Under the pieces are notes generated by a model. That model had not been told where the DNA came from, made no database searches, and was given only the letters and a program-made list of their open reading frames with translations. This document shows positions 38,701 to 48,364 of a DNA stretch of 48,364 nt, one piece after another. How positions within the stretch are numbered: the first letter of the stretch is position 1; the number at the start of each line of letters is the position of its first letter. The position numbers were made by a program, and so were the translations under genes. Source of the DNA: an uncultured Clostridia bacterium (GTDB lineage Bacteria; Bacillota; Clostridia; TANB77; CAG-508); the NCBI GenBank assembly GCA_944388655.1, contig CALXJP010000028.1, forward strand, positions 1-48,364. The letters run 5' to 3'.

Positions 38701-39456
38701 ATGAAATTAATATCATGGAATGTAAATGGATTAAGAGCAGTACTAAACAAAGGATTTATGAATTTTTTTAACGAAGTGCAAGCCGATATATTTTGTATTC
38801 AAGAAACGAAGATGCAAGAAGGACAAGTAACTTTAGAATTACCTGGTTATGAGCAATATTGGAATAGTGCTGAAAGGAAGGGGTATTCAGGAACGGCTAT
38901 TTTTACAAAAGTAAAACCAATATCAGTTACTTATGGATTAGGAATAGAAGAACATGACAAAGAAGGACGTATTATTACTCTAGAATTTGAAAAATTTTAT
39001 TTAGTGAATTGCTATACGCCAAACTCAAAAAGAGAATTAGAAAGACTAGATTATAGACAAGTATGGGAAGAAGAAATGAGAAAATATCTAAAAAAATTAG
39101 ATACGATAAAACCAGTGATTTATTGTGGAGATTTAAATGTAGCACATCAAGAAATAGACTTAAAAAATCCAAAAACAAATACACATAACGCAGGTTTTAC
39201 TATGGAAGAAAGAACAAAAATGACAAAACTCTTAAGTGTAGGATTTATAGATACATTCCGTTATCTATATCCAGAAAAAGAAAATGCCTATTCTTGGTGG
39301 TCTTATATGGGGCATGCAAGAGAAAAAAATGTAGGTTGGAGAATAGATTATTTTATCGTTTCTGATAGAGTAAAACAATATGTGGAAGAAGCCAGTATTT
39401 ATGACCAAGTTATGGGAAGCGACCATTGCCCAATAGGATTAGAAATCAATTTATAG
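38701..39456 (+). CDS. xth: exodeoxyribonuclease III (AP endonuclease)
   Basis: MKLISWNVNGLRA, DIFCIQETK, GDLNVAH and SDHCPI. ATG 38701 lies behind GGAGG. Confidence 0.9.
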   Translation: MKLISWNVNGLRAVLNKGFMNFFNEVQADIFCIQETKMQEGQVTLELPGYEQYWNSAERKGYSGTAIFTKVKPISVTYGLGIEEHDKEGRIITLEFEKFYLVNCYTPNSKRELERLDYRQVWEEEMRKYLKKLDTIKPVIYCGDLNVAHQEIDLKNPKTNTHNAGFTMEERTKMTKLLSVGFIDTFRYLYPEKENAYSWWSYMGHAREKNVGWRIDYFIVSDRVKQYVEEASIYDQVMGSDHCPIGLEINL

Positions 39457-39465
39457 GAGGTTTGT

Positions 39466-40611
39466 ATGAAATTAAAAGAAAGAAATTGGATTAAGTGGAT
39501 ATATTATTTTTCTATTGCGGCAGCTGTAGTCGTATTATATAAAACCATAGATAATATAGGAAGTATTACTAGTGGAATAGGAGAATTTTTAGGTATATTA
39601 ACACCATTTTTTATAGGAATATTGATTGCCTATATATTATATATTCCTTCTAGAAAAGTAGAAAGTTTTTTTATGAAACAAAAGAAAATAAAATTTTTAA
39701 AAAAGAAGGCAAGACCTATTAGTGTTATTACTGTATATATTATTGCTATATTATTCATTATACTATTATTCACATTTATTATTCCGCCAGTAGCACAAAG
39801 TGTAGTAGATTTAGTCAATAACTTTCAACAGTATTTTAATATGGCAGTCAAACAAATAGAACAAATGCCAGATGATTCATTTATTAAAAGCCAAGTATTA
39901 ACTAGAATTGTAGAATTTGTAAAAAACATAGACATTACACAAATCATAAATATGGAAAAAATTTCACAATATGCACAAGGAGCTATTAGCTTTTTCAATG
40001 GAATTGTTAATACATTTGTGGCATTAATCGTGTCAGTGTACATATTAATTAGTAGAAGAGAAATTTTAAACTTTTTCAAAAGGTTGGCAGGAGCAATCTT
40101 CAAAAAGAAAGCGTATTATAATTTAGATAAATATTTTAATCGTTCTAACGATATATTTTTTAAATTTTTATCTGGACAAATTATAGATGCCTTTGTTGTG
40201 GGAATATTAACTTCTATTGTAATGAGCATTATGGGAGTAAAATATGCCGTATTATTAGGATTTATGATAGGGTTCTTTAATGTAATTCCATACATTGGAG
40301 CTATTATAGCAGTAGCTATAGCAGCCATTATTACCTTCTTTACAGGAGGTTTAAGTCAAGCCATTACTATGCTAATTGTGGTAATTATTGTACAACAAAT
40401 TGATGCCAATATTCTTAATCCAAAAATTATAGGAAATTCTTTAAAAATAAATCCTTTACTAGTATTACTAGCTATAACCATAGGAGGGGCTTACTTTGGA
40501 ATGTTAGGAATTTTCTTATCTGTACCAATAGCAGCAATTATTAAATTATTGGTAGATGACTTTATTAGTTATCGAAATCGTCAAAAAATAGATAGAGGAA
40601 TAGAAGAATAA
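39466..40611 (+). CDS. AI-2E (PerM/UPF0118) family transporter
   Basis: Eight-TM profile with the conserved C-terminal region IPYIGAIIAVAIAAI...QIDANILNPKIIGNSLKINPLLVLLA. Its start is 10 nt after the xth stop. Confidence 0.85.
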   Translation: MKLKERNWIKWIYYFSIAAAVVVLYKTIDNIGSITSGIGEFLGILTPFFIGILIAYILYIPSRKVESFFMKQKKIKFLKKKARPISVITVYIIAILFIILLFTFIIPPVAQSVVDLVNNFQQYFNMAVKQIEQMPDDSFIKSQVLTRIVEFVKNIDITQIINMEKISQYAQGAISFFNGIVNTFVALIVSVYILISRREILNFFKRLAGAIFKKKAYYNLDKYFNRSNDIFFKFLSGQIIDAFVVGILTSIVMSIMGVKYAVLLGFMIGFFNVIPYIGAIIAVAIAAIITFFTGGLSQAITMLIVVIIVQQIDANILNPKIIGNSLKINPLLVLLAITIGGAYFGMLGIFLSVPIAAIIKLLVDDFISYRNRQKIDRGIEE

Positions 40612-40635
40612 ATTTAAAAATTTCCTATTTTTTCC

Positions 40636-40665
40636 TTGACAAGCATACAGTAAGTATTGTATACT
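40636..40665 (+). promoter_or_regulatory. sigma-A promoter with extended -10 at the start of the rpoB leader
   Basis: TTGACA (40636-40641), 18 nt, TGtATACT (40658-40665). Confidence 0.5.
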
Positions 40666-40796
40666 TGTATTTGAATGGAGTTTTATCACAAAAAGAAAAG
40701 ATAAAACAAATTTATTAACTCCAAACCATGGAAAATAGTGGGGTTGGTAATCAAGAATGAGAAAACAAATTTGTAAGAAATAATGAAACAAAAGCA

Positions 40797-40841
40797 AAGG
40801 TTAGTTAGCAAAAAAAGAAATATTGCTAGCTTGCCTTTTTA
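40797..40841 (+). terminator. terminator-like hairpin inside the rpoB leader (attenuator or 3' end of a roughly 170-nt sRNA)
   Basis: AAGGTTAGTTAGCAA (40797-40811) pairs with TTGCTAGCTTGCCTT (40823-40837): 15 positions, with 1 mismatch and 2 G:U. TTTTT follows. Confidence 0.5.
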
Positions 40842-41067
40842 TTGCCTAAAACTTTGTTTACGTAAAAGTAAAAGAAAGAGGAATTATGCTTTGTTTTTTT
40901 CAAAAAATAGGTAGTTTTGTATAAGCAGAAAACGAGATATTTTCTGAAAAAAATAAAGAACATAAGAGGGACTTTCTTTTTCAAAATAAATTAATTCACA
41001 AAAGTACTAAACTTAACGTTTAGTGAAAAATTTTTTTCTGCTTAAATCTATTAAGGGGTGAGTTGTT

Positions 41068-44000
41068 TTGGTAAAAGATATCAAACACGAAAAATGTTCT
41101 CGTAAAACATTTGCAAAAATTGGCGATTTTATAGATATGCCAAATCTAATTAAAGTTCAAAAAGATTCATATGACTGGTTTGTGAAAGAGGGCCTAGGAG
41201 AAGTATTAAGGGATATTTCACCAATTGTAGACTATTCAGGAAACTTAGTACTTGAATTTTTTGACTACTACATGGAAGATAAAACAAAATACACAGTAGA
41301 AGAAGCAAAAGAAAGAGATGCTACATACTCAACAAGATTACATGTGAAAGTACGTTTAATTAACCGTGAAACTGCTGAAATTAAAGAACAAGAAATCTAT
41401 TTAGGTGATTTTCCATTAATGACAGATAGTGGAACATTTATTATTAATGGTGCAGAAAGAGTTGTAGTTAGCCAGTTAGTACGTTCACCAGGATGTTACT
41501 ATGCATCAGATTTTGATAAAGTAGGAAAAAAATTATTTACAGCAACAGTTATGCCAATTCGTGGAGCATGGCTTGAATATGAAACAGATGGTAATGATGT
41601 ATTCTGGGCAAGAGTAGATAGAACTAGAAAAATCCCAGTAACAACATTATTAAGAGCTATTGGTTTAGAAACAGACGAGCAAATGATGGAACTATTTGGA
41701 GAAGAGCCAAAATTAGTGGCAACGATTCAAAAAGATCCAATCAAAACGGTTGATGAAGCATTAATTGAAATTTATAAAAAGTTAAGACCAGGTGAACTTC
41801 CAACAGTAGATGCTGCTAGAAATTTATTTACCGGTTTACTATTTGATGAAAGAAGATATGACCTAGCAAAAGTAGGAAGATATAAATATAACAAAAAATT
41901 ATGCTTAGCAACAAGAATTGCAGGCCAAATTGCTTATGATGACATTATAGAACCTTCAACAGGAGAAGTATTAGTAGAAAAAGATACAGAAATTTCTGAA
42001 GAAGTAGCACGCGAAATTCAAAATGCAGGTATTAACATAGTAGATATTAAAGTAAATGACAAAAAGGTAAGAATTATAGGAAATGGAACAGTAGATATCC
42101 ACAAAATGGTAACAAATGTGGACATTTCAGATATAAACTTTAAAGAAGATGTCAATTATGCAGTGTTACAATCTATATTAGAAACAACAGAAGAAAAAGA
42201 TTTACACAAAGTGTTAAAAGAAAGAAGAGGAGAATTAATTCCAAAACATGTAACAAACGAAGATATTATTGCTTCTATTAACTATGTGTTTAACTTAGAC
42301 CATGGAATTGGAGTAATGGAAGATATTGACCACTTAGGAAATAGACGTATTAGATGTGTGGGAGAATTATTACAAAATCAATTTAGAATTGGTTTAACTA
42401 GACTAGAAAGAGTTGTACGTGAAAGAATGACAATTCAAGATTTAGATGTAGTAACTCCACAAACACTAATCAATACAAAACCAATTACATCTTCTATTCG
42501 TGAATTCTTTGGAAGTTCACAATTATCACAATTTATGGATCAAACCAATCCACTTTCTGAATTAACACATAAAAGAAGAATTTCTGCATTAGGACCAGGA
42601 GGACTTTCAAGAGAAAGAGCAGGGTTTGAAGTAAGAGATATCCACTATACACATTATGGAAGACTTTGCCCAGTAGAATCTCCAGAAGGACCAAATATAG
42701 GACTTATTTCTGCATTATCTTCATTTGCTATGATAGATGAATATGGATTCATTGAAACACCATATAGAAAAGTAGATCACAAAACAGGAAAAGTAACAGA
42801 TGAAGTAGTATATATGCCAGCAGATGAAGAGGATAAATATATTATTGCACAAGCATCAGAGCCATTAGACAAAGATAACAAATTCGTTAATCAAAGAATT
42901 CGTGTACGTCATAGAGCAGAAATAACAGAGGTAGATAAAGATCAAGTAGATTATGTAGATGTATCACCAAAACAATTAGTATCTGTTGCAGCAGCTATGA
43001 TTCCTTTCTTAGAGCATGATGACGTAAAACGTTCATTAATGGGTTCTAACATGCAACGTCAAGCAGTTCCCCTATTAATGCCAGAAACACCAATTGTAGG
43101 AACAGGAATTGAATATAGAGCTGCAAAAGATTCGGGAATTACGGTAACAGCAAAAAATGATGGTATAGTAGAAAAAGTAACTGCAGATCAAATTTTAGTT
43201 AGAAACAAAAAGAATGAAATAGATACCTATAAATTACGCAAATTCAAGAGAACCAATGGGGGAACTTGTATTAATCAAAGACCAGTTGTAACAAGAGGAG
43301 AAAAAGTAAAAGAAGGCGAAATTTTAGCAGATGGACCATCTACCAAAAATGGAGAAATGGCATTAGGAAGAAATGTGCTAATTGCTTTTACTACATGGGA
43401 AGGTTACAACTACGAGGATGCTGTATTAATTAGTGAAAGATTAGTGAAAGAAGATGTATATACTTCTATTCATATTGAAGAATATGATTGCGAATGTAGA
43501 GACACTAAATTAGGACCAGAAGAAATTACTCGTGATATACCAAACGTAGGTGATGACGGTTTAAAAGACTTAGACGAAAATGGTATTATCAGAATTGGAG
43601 CAGAAGTAAGACCAGGAGATATTTTAGTAGGTAAGGTAACACCAAAAGGAGAAACAGAATTAACTGCAGAAGAAAGATTATTAAGAGCTATTTTTGGTGA
43701 AAAATCAAGAGAAGTAAGAGACACTTCTTTAAGAGTACCACATGGCGAAGCTGGAACTATTGTAGATGTTAAAATCTTTACAAGAGATAATTCAGATGAA
43801 TTAGGACCTGGAGTAAACCAAGTAATTCGTTGTTATATTGCAACAAAAAGAAAAATCTCTGTTGGAGATAAAATGGCTGGTCGTCATGGAAATAAAGGTG
43901 TTATTTCCAGAATTTTACCAGTAGAAGATATGCCATTTATGCCAGATGGAACACCAGTAGACATTGTATTAAACCCAATGGGTATACCTTCTCGTATGAA

Positions 44001-44778
44001 CTTAGGACAGGTACTAGAAGTTCACTTAGGAATGGCAGCAAGAGCATTAGGCTGGAAAGTAGCAACACCAGTATTTGATGGTGCTACAGATAAAGAAATT
44101 GAAGACTTACTAGAAGAAGCAGGATTAAGAAGAGATGGAAAAACAATTCTTTATGATGGAAGAACAGGAGATCCATTTGATCATCCAATTACAGTTGGTG
44201 TTATGTATATGTTAAAATTACATCACTTAGTAGATGATAAAATCCATGCTCGTTCAACTGGACCATACTCATTAGTAACACAACAACCACTTGGTGGTAA
44301 AGCACAATTTGGTGGACAACGTTTCGGTGAAATGGAAGTTTGGGCTTTAGAAGCATATGGTGCAGCATATACATTACAAGAAATGTTAACTGTTAAATCA
44401 GATGACGTAGTAGGTCGTGTAAAAACTTATGAAGCTATAGTAAAAGGTGAAAATGTTCCAGAACCGGGAGTTCCAGAATCATTTAAAGTATTAATTAAAG
44501 AGCTTCAATCTTTAGGTTTAGATGTTCGTTTATATTCTGAAGACAACCAAGAATTAGAATTAAAAGAAAACATTGATGAAGGAATTGACTATGAAGAAAA
44601 CAAAGAAAGAGTAGGAACAGATGTATTAAACGAAAGTGAACTAGAAGATAGTTATATTGCAGCAGATGAAGATGCAGAAGATATGCTATTAGATGAAGTA
44701 GAAGAAACAGAAAATTATGAAGAAGATAATGATGAGCTATTTGAAGGATTTGACGATGAAGATGATATCGATTTCTAA
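41068..44778 (+). CDS. rpoB: DNA-directed RNA polymerase subunit beta
   Basis: [77 protein letters not shown] and an acidic C-terminal tail. TTG start behind AAGGGGTGAG. Confidence 0.97.
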   Translation: MVKDIKHEKCSRKTFAKIGDFIDMPNLIKVQKDSYDWFVKEGLGEVLRDISPIVDYSGNLVLEFFDYYMEDKTKYTVEEAKERDATYSTRLHVKVRLINRETAEIKEQEIYLGDFPLMTDSGTFIINGAERVVVSQLVRSPGCYYASDFDKVGKKLFTATVMPIRGAWLEYETDGNDVFWARVDRTRKIPVTTLLRAIGLETDEQMMELFGEEPKLVATIQKDPIKTVDEALIEIYKKLRPGELPTVDAARNLFTGLLFDERRYDLAKVGRYKYNKKLCLATRIAGQIAYDDIIEPSTGEVLVEKDTEISEEVAREIQNAGINIVDIKVNDKKVRIIGNGTVDIHKMVTNVDISDINFKEDVNYAVLQSILETTEEKDLHKVLKERRGELIPKHVTNEDIIASINYVFNLDHGIGVMEDIDHLGNRRIRCVGELLQNQFRIGLTRLERVVRERMTIQDLDVVTPQTLINTKPITSSIREFFGSSQLSQFMDQTNPLSELTHKRRISALGPGGLSRERAGFEVRDIHYTHYGRLCPVESPEGPNIGLISALSSFAMIDEYGFIETPYRKVDHKTGKVTDEVVYMPADEEDKYIIAQASEPLDKDNKFVNQRIRVRHRAEITEVDKDQVDYVDVSPKQLVSVAAAMIPFLEHDDVKRSLMGSNMQRQAVPLLMPETPIVGTGIEYRAAKDSGITVTAKNDGIVEKVTADQILVRNKKNEIDTYKLRKFKRTNGGTCINQRPVVTRGEKVKEGEILADGPSTKNGEMALGRNVLIAFTTWEGYNYEDAVLISERLVKEDVYTSIHIEEYDCECRDTKLGPEEITRDIPNVGDDGLKDLDENGIIRIGAEVRPGDILVGKVTPKGETELTAEERLLRAIFGEKSREVRDTSLRVPHGEAGTIVDVKIFTRDNSDELGPGVNQVIRCYIATKRKISVGDKMAGRHGNKGVISRILPVEDMPFMPDGTPVDIVLNPMGIPSRMNLGQVLEVHLGMAARALGWKVATPVFDGATDKEIEDLLEEAGLRRDGKTILYDGRTGDPFDHPITVGVMYMLKLHHLVDDKIHARSTGPYSLVTQQPLGGKAQFGGQRFGEMEVWALEAYGAAYTLQEMLTVKSDDVVGRVKTYEAIVKGENVPEPGVPESFKVLIKELQSLGLDVRLYSEDNQELELKENIDEGIDYEENKERVGTDVLNESELEDSYIAADEDAEDMLLDEVEETENYEEDNDELFEGFDDEDDIDF

Positions 44779-44810
44779 TCATAAAATAGAATTGAATAGG
44801 AAAGAAAGTA

Positions 44811-44876
44811 GCTTAAAAAGTATGACTCAAGGGAATTGTACAGTGGTAGCAATACTTTTTAAGCAAAATCTACCAC
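44811..44876 (+). other. structured rpoB-rpoC spacer: 13-bp perfect stem plus pseudoknot-type second helix
   Basis: GCTTAAAAAGTAT (44811-44823) pairs with ATACTTTTTAAGC (44852-44864). GTGGTAG (44843-44849), in the loop, pairs with CTACCAC (44870-44876), downstream. Confidence 0.55.
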
Positions 44877-44921
44877 AACCAGTAAGAGGATAAAAATATT
44901 ATGTGTCAGGGGGAACCTTAA

Positions 44922-47900
44922 GTGGACGAATTAGAAATGTTTGATAAAATCAAAATAGGGTTAGCATCAGATGAAAAGATTAGAGAATGGTCAAAAGGTG
45001 AAGTAAAAAAGCCAGAAACCATTAATTATAGAACATTAAAACCAGAAAAAGATGGTTTGTTTTGTGAAAGAATTTTCGGACCAACAAAAGACTGGGAATG
45101 TCATTGTGGAAAATATAAAAGGGTTAGATATAAAGGAATTGTATGTGACAGATGTGGTGTAGAAGTAACGAAAGCAAAAGTAAGACGTGAAAGAATGGGA
45201 CATATTGAACTTGCAGCACCAGTAGCACATATTTGGTATTTTAAAGGAATTCCTAGTAGAATTGCTTTAGTATTAGATGTTTCACCAAGAAATATTGAAA
45301 AAGTTATTTACTTTGCTTCATATATTGTTACAGACAAAGGAACATCTGGACTATTAAAAACACAAGTTTTAACAGAAAAAGAATATCATGAAGCCATTGA
45401 AAAATATGGAGAAGGTAGCTTCACAGCAGAAATGGGAGCAGAAGCCCTTGAAAAACTATTAAAAGAAGTTGACTTAGAAAAATTATCAGAAAAATTAAAA
45501 AAAGAATTAGAAAAAGCAAGTGAGCAAAAGAAAGCAAAATTAATTAAAAGATTAGATACAATAGAATCTTTTAGACAATCTGGAAATAGACCAGAATGGA
45601 TGATTATGAATGTAGTTCCTGTTATTCCACCAGATTTAAGACCAATGGTACAATTAGATGGTGGTAGATTTGCTACATCAGATTTAAATGATTTATATAG
45701 AAGAGTAATCAATAGAAATAATCGTTTAAAGAGACTAATTGAATTAGGTGCACCAGAAATCATTAAAAGAAATGAAAAAAGAATGTTACAAGAGTCAGTA
45801 GATGCCCTTATTGATAACTCAAGACGTGGAAGACCAGTAACAGGAGCTGGAAATAGAGCATTAAAATCACTTTCTGACTTACTAAAAGGAAAACAAGGTA
45901 GATTTAGACAAAACCTTTTAGGAAAACGTGTTGACTATTCAGGTCGTTCTGTTATTGTTGTAGGACCAGAACTTAAAATTTATCAATGTGGTGTGCCAAA
46001 AGAAATGGCAGTAGAATTATTTAAACCTTTTGTTATGAAGGAATTAGTAGGACGTAACATAGCGCATAACATTAAAAATGCAAAAAGAATGGTAGAAAAA
46101 TTACGCCCAGAAGTATGGGATATTTTAGAGGATGTTATCAAAGACCATCCAGTAATGCTTAACCGTGCGCCTACATTACATAGACTTGGCATTCAAGCAT
46201 TCGAACCAGTTTTAGTAGAAGGTAGAGCAATCAAGCTTCATCCACTTGTTTGTACAGCGTTCAATGCTGACTTTGATGGTGACCAAATGGCTATTCACGT
46301 ACCATTATCACCAGAAGCACAAGCAGAAGCAAGATATTTAATGTTATCACAAAATAACCTTTTAAAACCACAAGATGGTATGCCAGTTACTGTACCTTCA
46401 CAAGATATGATTTTAGGTGCGTACTGCTTAACCATGGAAGTAGAAGGGGAAAAAGGAGAAGGAAACTATTTTTCATCTCCAGAAGAAGCCATTATCGCTT
46501 ATGAAAATCATGAAGTAGGAATGCATTGTTTCATCAATGTAAGAATGAGCAAAAAAGATGAAAATGGAGAAGAAAGACACAAATTTGTTAAAACTACAGT
46601 AGGTAGAATTATCTATAACAAAGGTATTCCTCAAGATTTAGGTTTTGTAGACAGAACAGATCCAGAGCAAGAATTTGAACCAGAAATTAATTTTATTGTA
46701 AAAAAGAAAAATCTAGGAAAAATTATTGAAAAATGTATTAATAAACATGGACTTGACCGTACAGGAGAATTACTTGACTATATTAAGTCAACTGGTTTCA
46801 AATATTCAACATTAGGTGGTGTAACAGTATCTATTGATGATGTTAAAGTGCCAGAAGAAAAGAAAACAATCTTAGAGCAAGCTTCTCAAGATGTAGACAA
46901 AGTATTAAAACAATATAAACGTGGTTTAATTACAGAAGAGGAAAGATATCAATCGGTTATCAAAATTTGGGAAAAAGCAACAGATGATGTAAAAATAGCA
47001 ATGAAAAACAATTTTGAAACAGAAAACCCAATGTATATGATGTCTGAATCAGGAGCCAGAGGTAACTTAGACCAATTAAAGCAAATAGCAGGTATGCGTG
47101 GATTAATGGCTAGTACAACTGGTAAAACAGTTGAAATTCCTATTAAATCATCATTCCGTGAAGGTTTAGACGCCCTAGAGTACTTTATTTCAGCACATGG
47201 TGCTCGTAAAGGACTTTCAGATACAGCTTTAAGAACAGCAGACTCTGGATATTTAACAAGAAGATTAGTAGACGTTTCTCAAGATATTATTGTAAGAGAA
47301 GACGATTGTGGAACTCATGACGGAATAGAATTAACAGCAATCAAAGATGGAAATCAAGAAATTGAATCATTACAAGAAAGATTAAAAGGAAGATATCCAT
47401 TACATGATATAGTACACCCAGAAACCGGAAAATTAATTGTAGATGAAAATACAATGATAAATGATAAAATTGCTGATGAAATAGTTGCAGCAGGAATTGA
47501 AAAAGTTAGAGTACGTAGCGTATTTGGTTGTAGAACTAAAAATGGCGTATGTGCTAAGTGCTATGGTATGGGATTAGCAAGTAGAGATAAAGTTACTATT
47601 GGAGAGGCTATAGGAATTATTGCAGCACAATCTATTGGTGAACCAGGTACACAGCTTACTATGAGAACAATACACTCTGGTGGTGTTGCTGGTGTAGCAG
47701 ATATTACACAAGGTCTTCCTAGAGTTGAAGAATTATTCGAAGCTAGAAAACCAAAGGGAGTTGCAGTAATTACAGAAATAGATGGTACTGTAAAAATTTC
47801 AGAAACAAAGAAAAAGAAAGAAGTAATAGTAACATCAAAAGACAATTCAAAATCTTATACAATACCATTTGGTTCAAAACTAAAAGTAAAAGATGGAGAT

Positions 47901-48364
47901 TTTGTTAAAGCTGCACAACCATTAATAGAAGGTTCTATAAATCCAGCTGAAATCCTTGCAATAAAAGGACCAGAAGGTGTATATGAATACTTAATTTCAG
48001 AAGTTCAAAAAGTTTATAGAAACCAAGGTGTTGATATTAATGATAAACATATTGAAGTAATTGCAAGACAAATGCTTAGAAAAGTTAGAATTGAAGATAA
48101 TGGAGATACAAGTATGTTCCCAGGTTCTTTAATAGATATGTATGAATTTGAAGACAATAATAAGAAGGCAATTGAAGAAGGAAAACGTCCTGCAACAGGT
48201 AAGAGAATATTACTTGGAATAACAAAAGCATCACTTGCAACAGATAGTTTCTTATCAGCAGCATCATTCCAAGAAACAACAAGAGTATTAACAGAAGCTG
48301 CTATCAAAGGTAAAGAAGATGACTTAATGGGATTAAAAGAAAATGTTATTATAGGAAAATTAAT
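44922..48364 (+). CDS. rpoC: DNA-directed RNA polymerase subunit beta', 3' end outside window
   Basis: Absent from the ORF track because there is no stop codon in the window. GTG 44922 lies behind CAGGGGGA. The translation reads [83 protein letters not shown] (zinc ribbon). The catalytic [10 protein letters not shown] is at 46263-46292, and the frame stays open to nt 48364. Confidence 0.96.
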   Translation, partial: MDELEMFDKIKIGLASDEKIREWSKGEVKKPETINYRTLKPEKDGLFCERIFGPTKDWECHCGKYKRVRYKGIVCDRCGVEVTKAKVRRERMGHIELAAPVAHIWYFKGIPSRIALVLDVSPRNIEKVIYFASYIVTDKGTSGLLKTQVLTEKEYHEAIEKYGEGSFTAEMGAEALEKLLKEVDLEKLSEKLKKELEKASEQKKAKLIKRLDTIESFRQSGNRPEWMIMNVVPVIPPDLRPMVQLDGGRFATSDLNDLYRRVINRNNRLKRLIELGAPEIIKRNEKRMLQESVDALIDNSRRGRPVTGAGNRALKSLSDLLKGKQGRFRQNLLGKRVDYSGRSVIVVGPELKIYQCGVPKEMAVELFKPFVMKELVGRNIAHNIKNAKRMVEKLRPEVWDILEDVIKDHPVMLNRAPTLHRLGIQAFEPVLVEGRAIKLHPLVCTAFNADFDGDQMAIHVPLSPEAQAEARYLMLSQNNLLKPQDGMPVTVPSQDMILGAYCLTMEVEGEKGEGNYFSSPEEAIIAYENHEVGMHCFINVRMSKKDENGEERHKFVKTTVGRIIYNKGIPQDLGFVDRTDPEQEFEPEINFIVKKKNLGKIIEKCINKHGLDRTGELLDYIKSTGFKYSTLGGVTVSIDDVKVPEEKKTILEQASQDVDKVLKQYKRGLITEEERYQSVIKIWEKATDDVKIAMKNNFETENPMYMMSESGARGNLDQLKQIAGMRGLMASTTGKTVEIPIKSSFREGLDALEYFISAHGARKGLSDTALRTADSGYLTRRLVDVSQDIIVREDDCGTHDGIELTAIKDGNQEIESLQERLKGRYPLHDIVHPETGKLIVDENTMINDKIADEIVAAGIEKVRVRSVFGCRTKNGVCAKCYGMGLASRDKVTIGEAIGIIAAQSIGEPGTQLTMRTIHSGGVAGVADITQGLPRVEELFEARKPKGVAVITEIDGTVKISETKKKKEVIVTSKDNSKSYTIPFGSKLKVKDGDFVKAAQPLIEGSINPAEILAIKGPEGVYEYLISEVQKVYRNQGVDINDKHIEVIARQMLRKVRIEDNGDTSMFPGSLIDMYEFEDNNKKAIEEGKRPATGKRILLGITKASLATDSFLSAASFQETTRVLTEAAIKGKEDDLMGLKENVIIGKL

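Noticed and set aside
44590-44778. Roughly 60-aa Asp/Glu-rich C-terminal tail of RpoB as a novelty.
   Set aside because: As I recall, Firmicute RpoB proteins such as that of B. subtilis commonly carry acidic C-terminal extensions after the ELQSLG region, so this is probably ordinary.

Overview
Visibly AT-rich chromosomal segment from a low-GC Gram-positive endospore former. Gene content is Clostridia-like: spoIIE, CotF-type coat proteins, a SleB-like hydrolase, mecA, and radC-mreBCD-pbp2-minC. I support 33 protein-coding genes, mostly on the + strand, from a 5'-truncated prfA to rpoB and a 3'-truncated rpoC. rpoC is missing from the supplied ORF track because it has no stop codon inside the window. 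I recognised no rRNA, tRNA, CRISPR array, transposase or phage genes. Four things deserve a second look. (1) mreB and mreD are each broken by a +1 frameshift at the same local sequence TT-CGG, a codon that is very rare here. (2) A 125-nt element closed by a 21-bp inverted repeat, plus two perfect 16-nt direct repeats, lies upstream of an orphan pilin-like/FGE-like surface protein; it could be an inverton, a structured RNA or a MITE. (3) An 11.4-kb two-gene operon encodes 1683-aa and 2123-aa surface proteins with DUF11-like and SdrD-B-like modules, non-LPXTG C-terminal anchors and a possible Cys-Gln thioester (TQxA-like) domain. (4) rpoB lacks the usual rplJ-rplL upstream neighbours. It has instead a 456-nt structured leader with its own promoter and a terminator-like hairpin, and the rpoB-rpoC spacer can adopt a pseudoknot-type fold. 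All functional calls come from motif recognition by eye; no database search or folding program was run.
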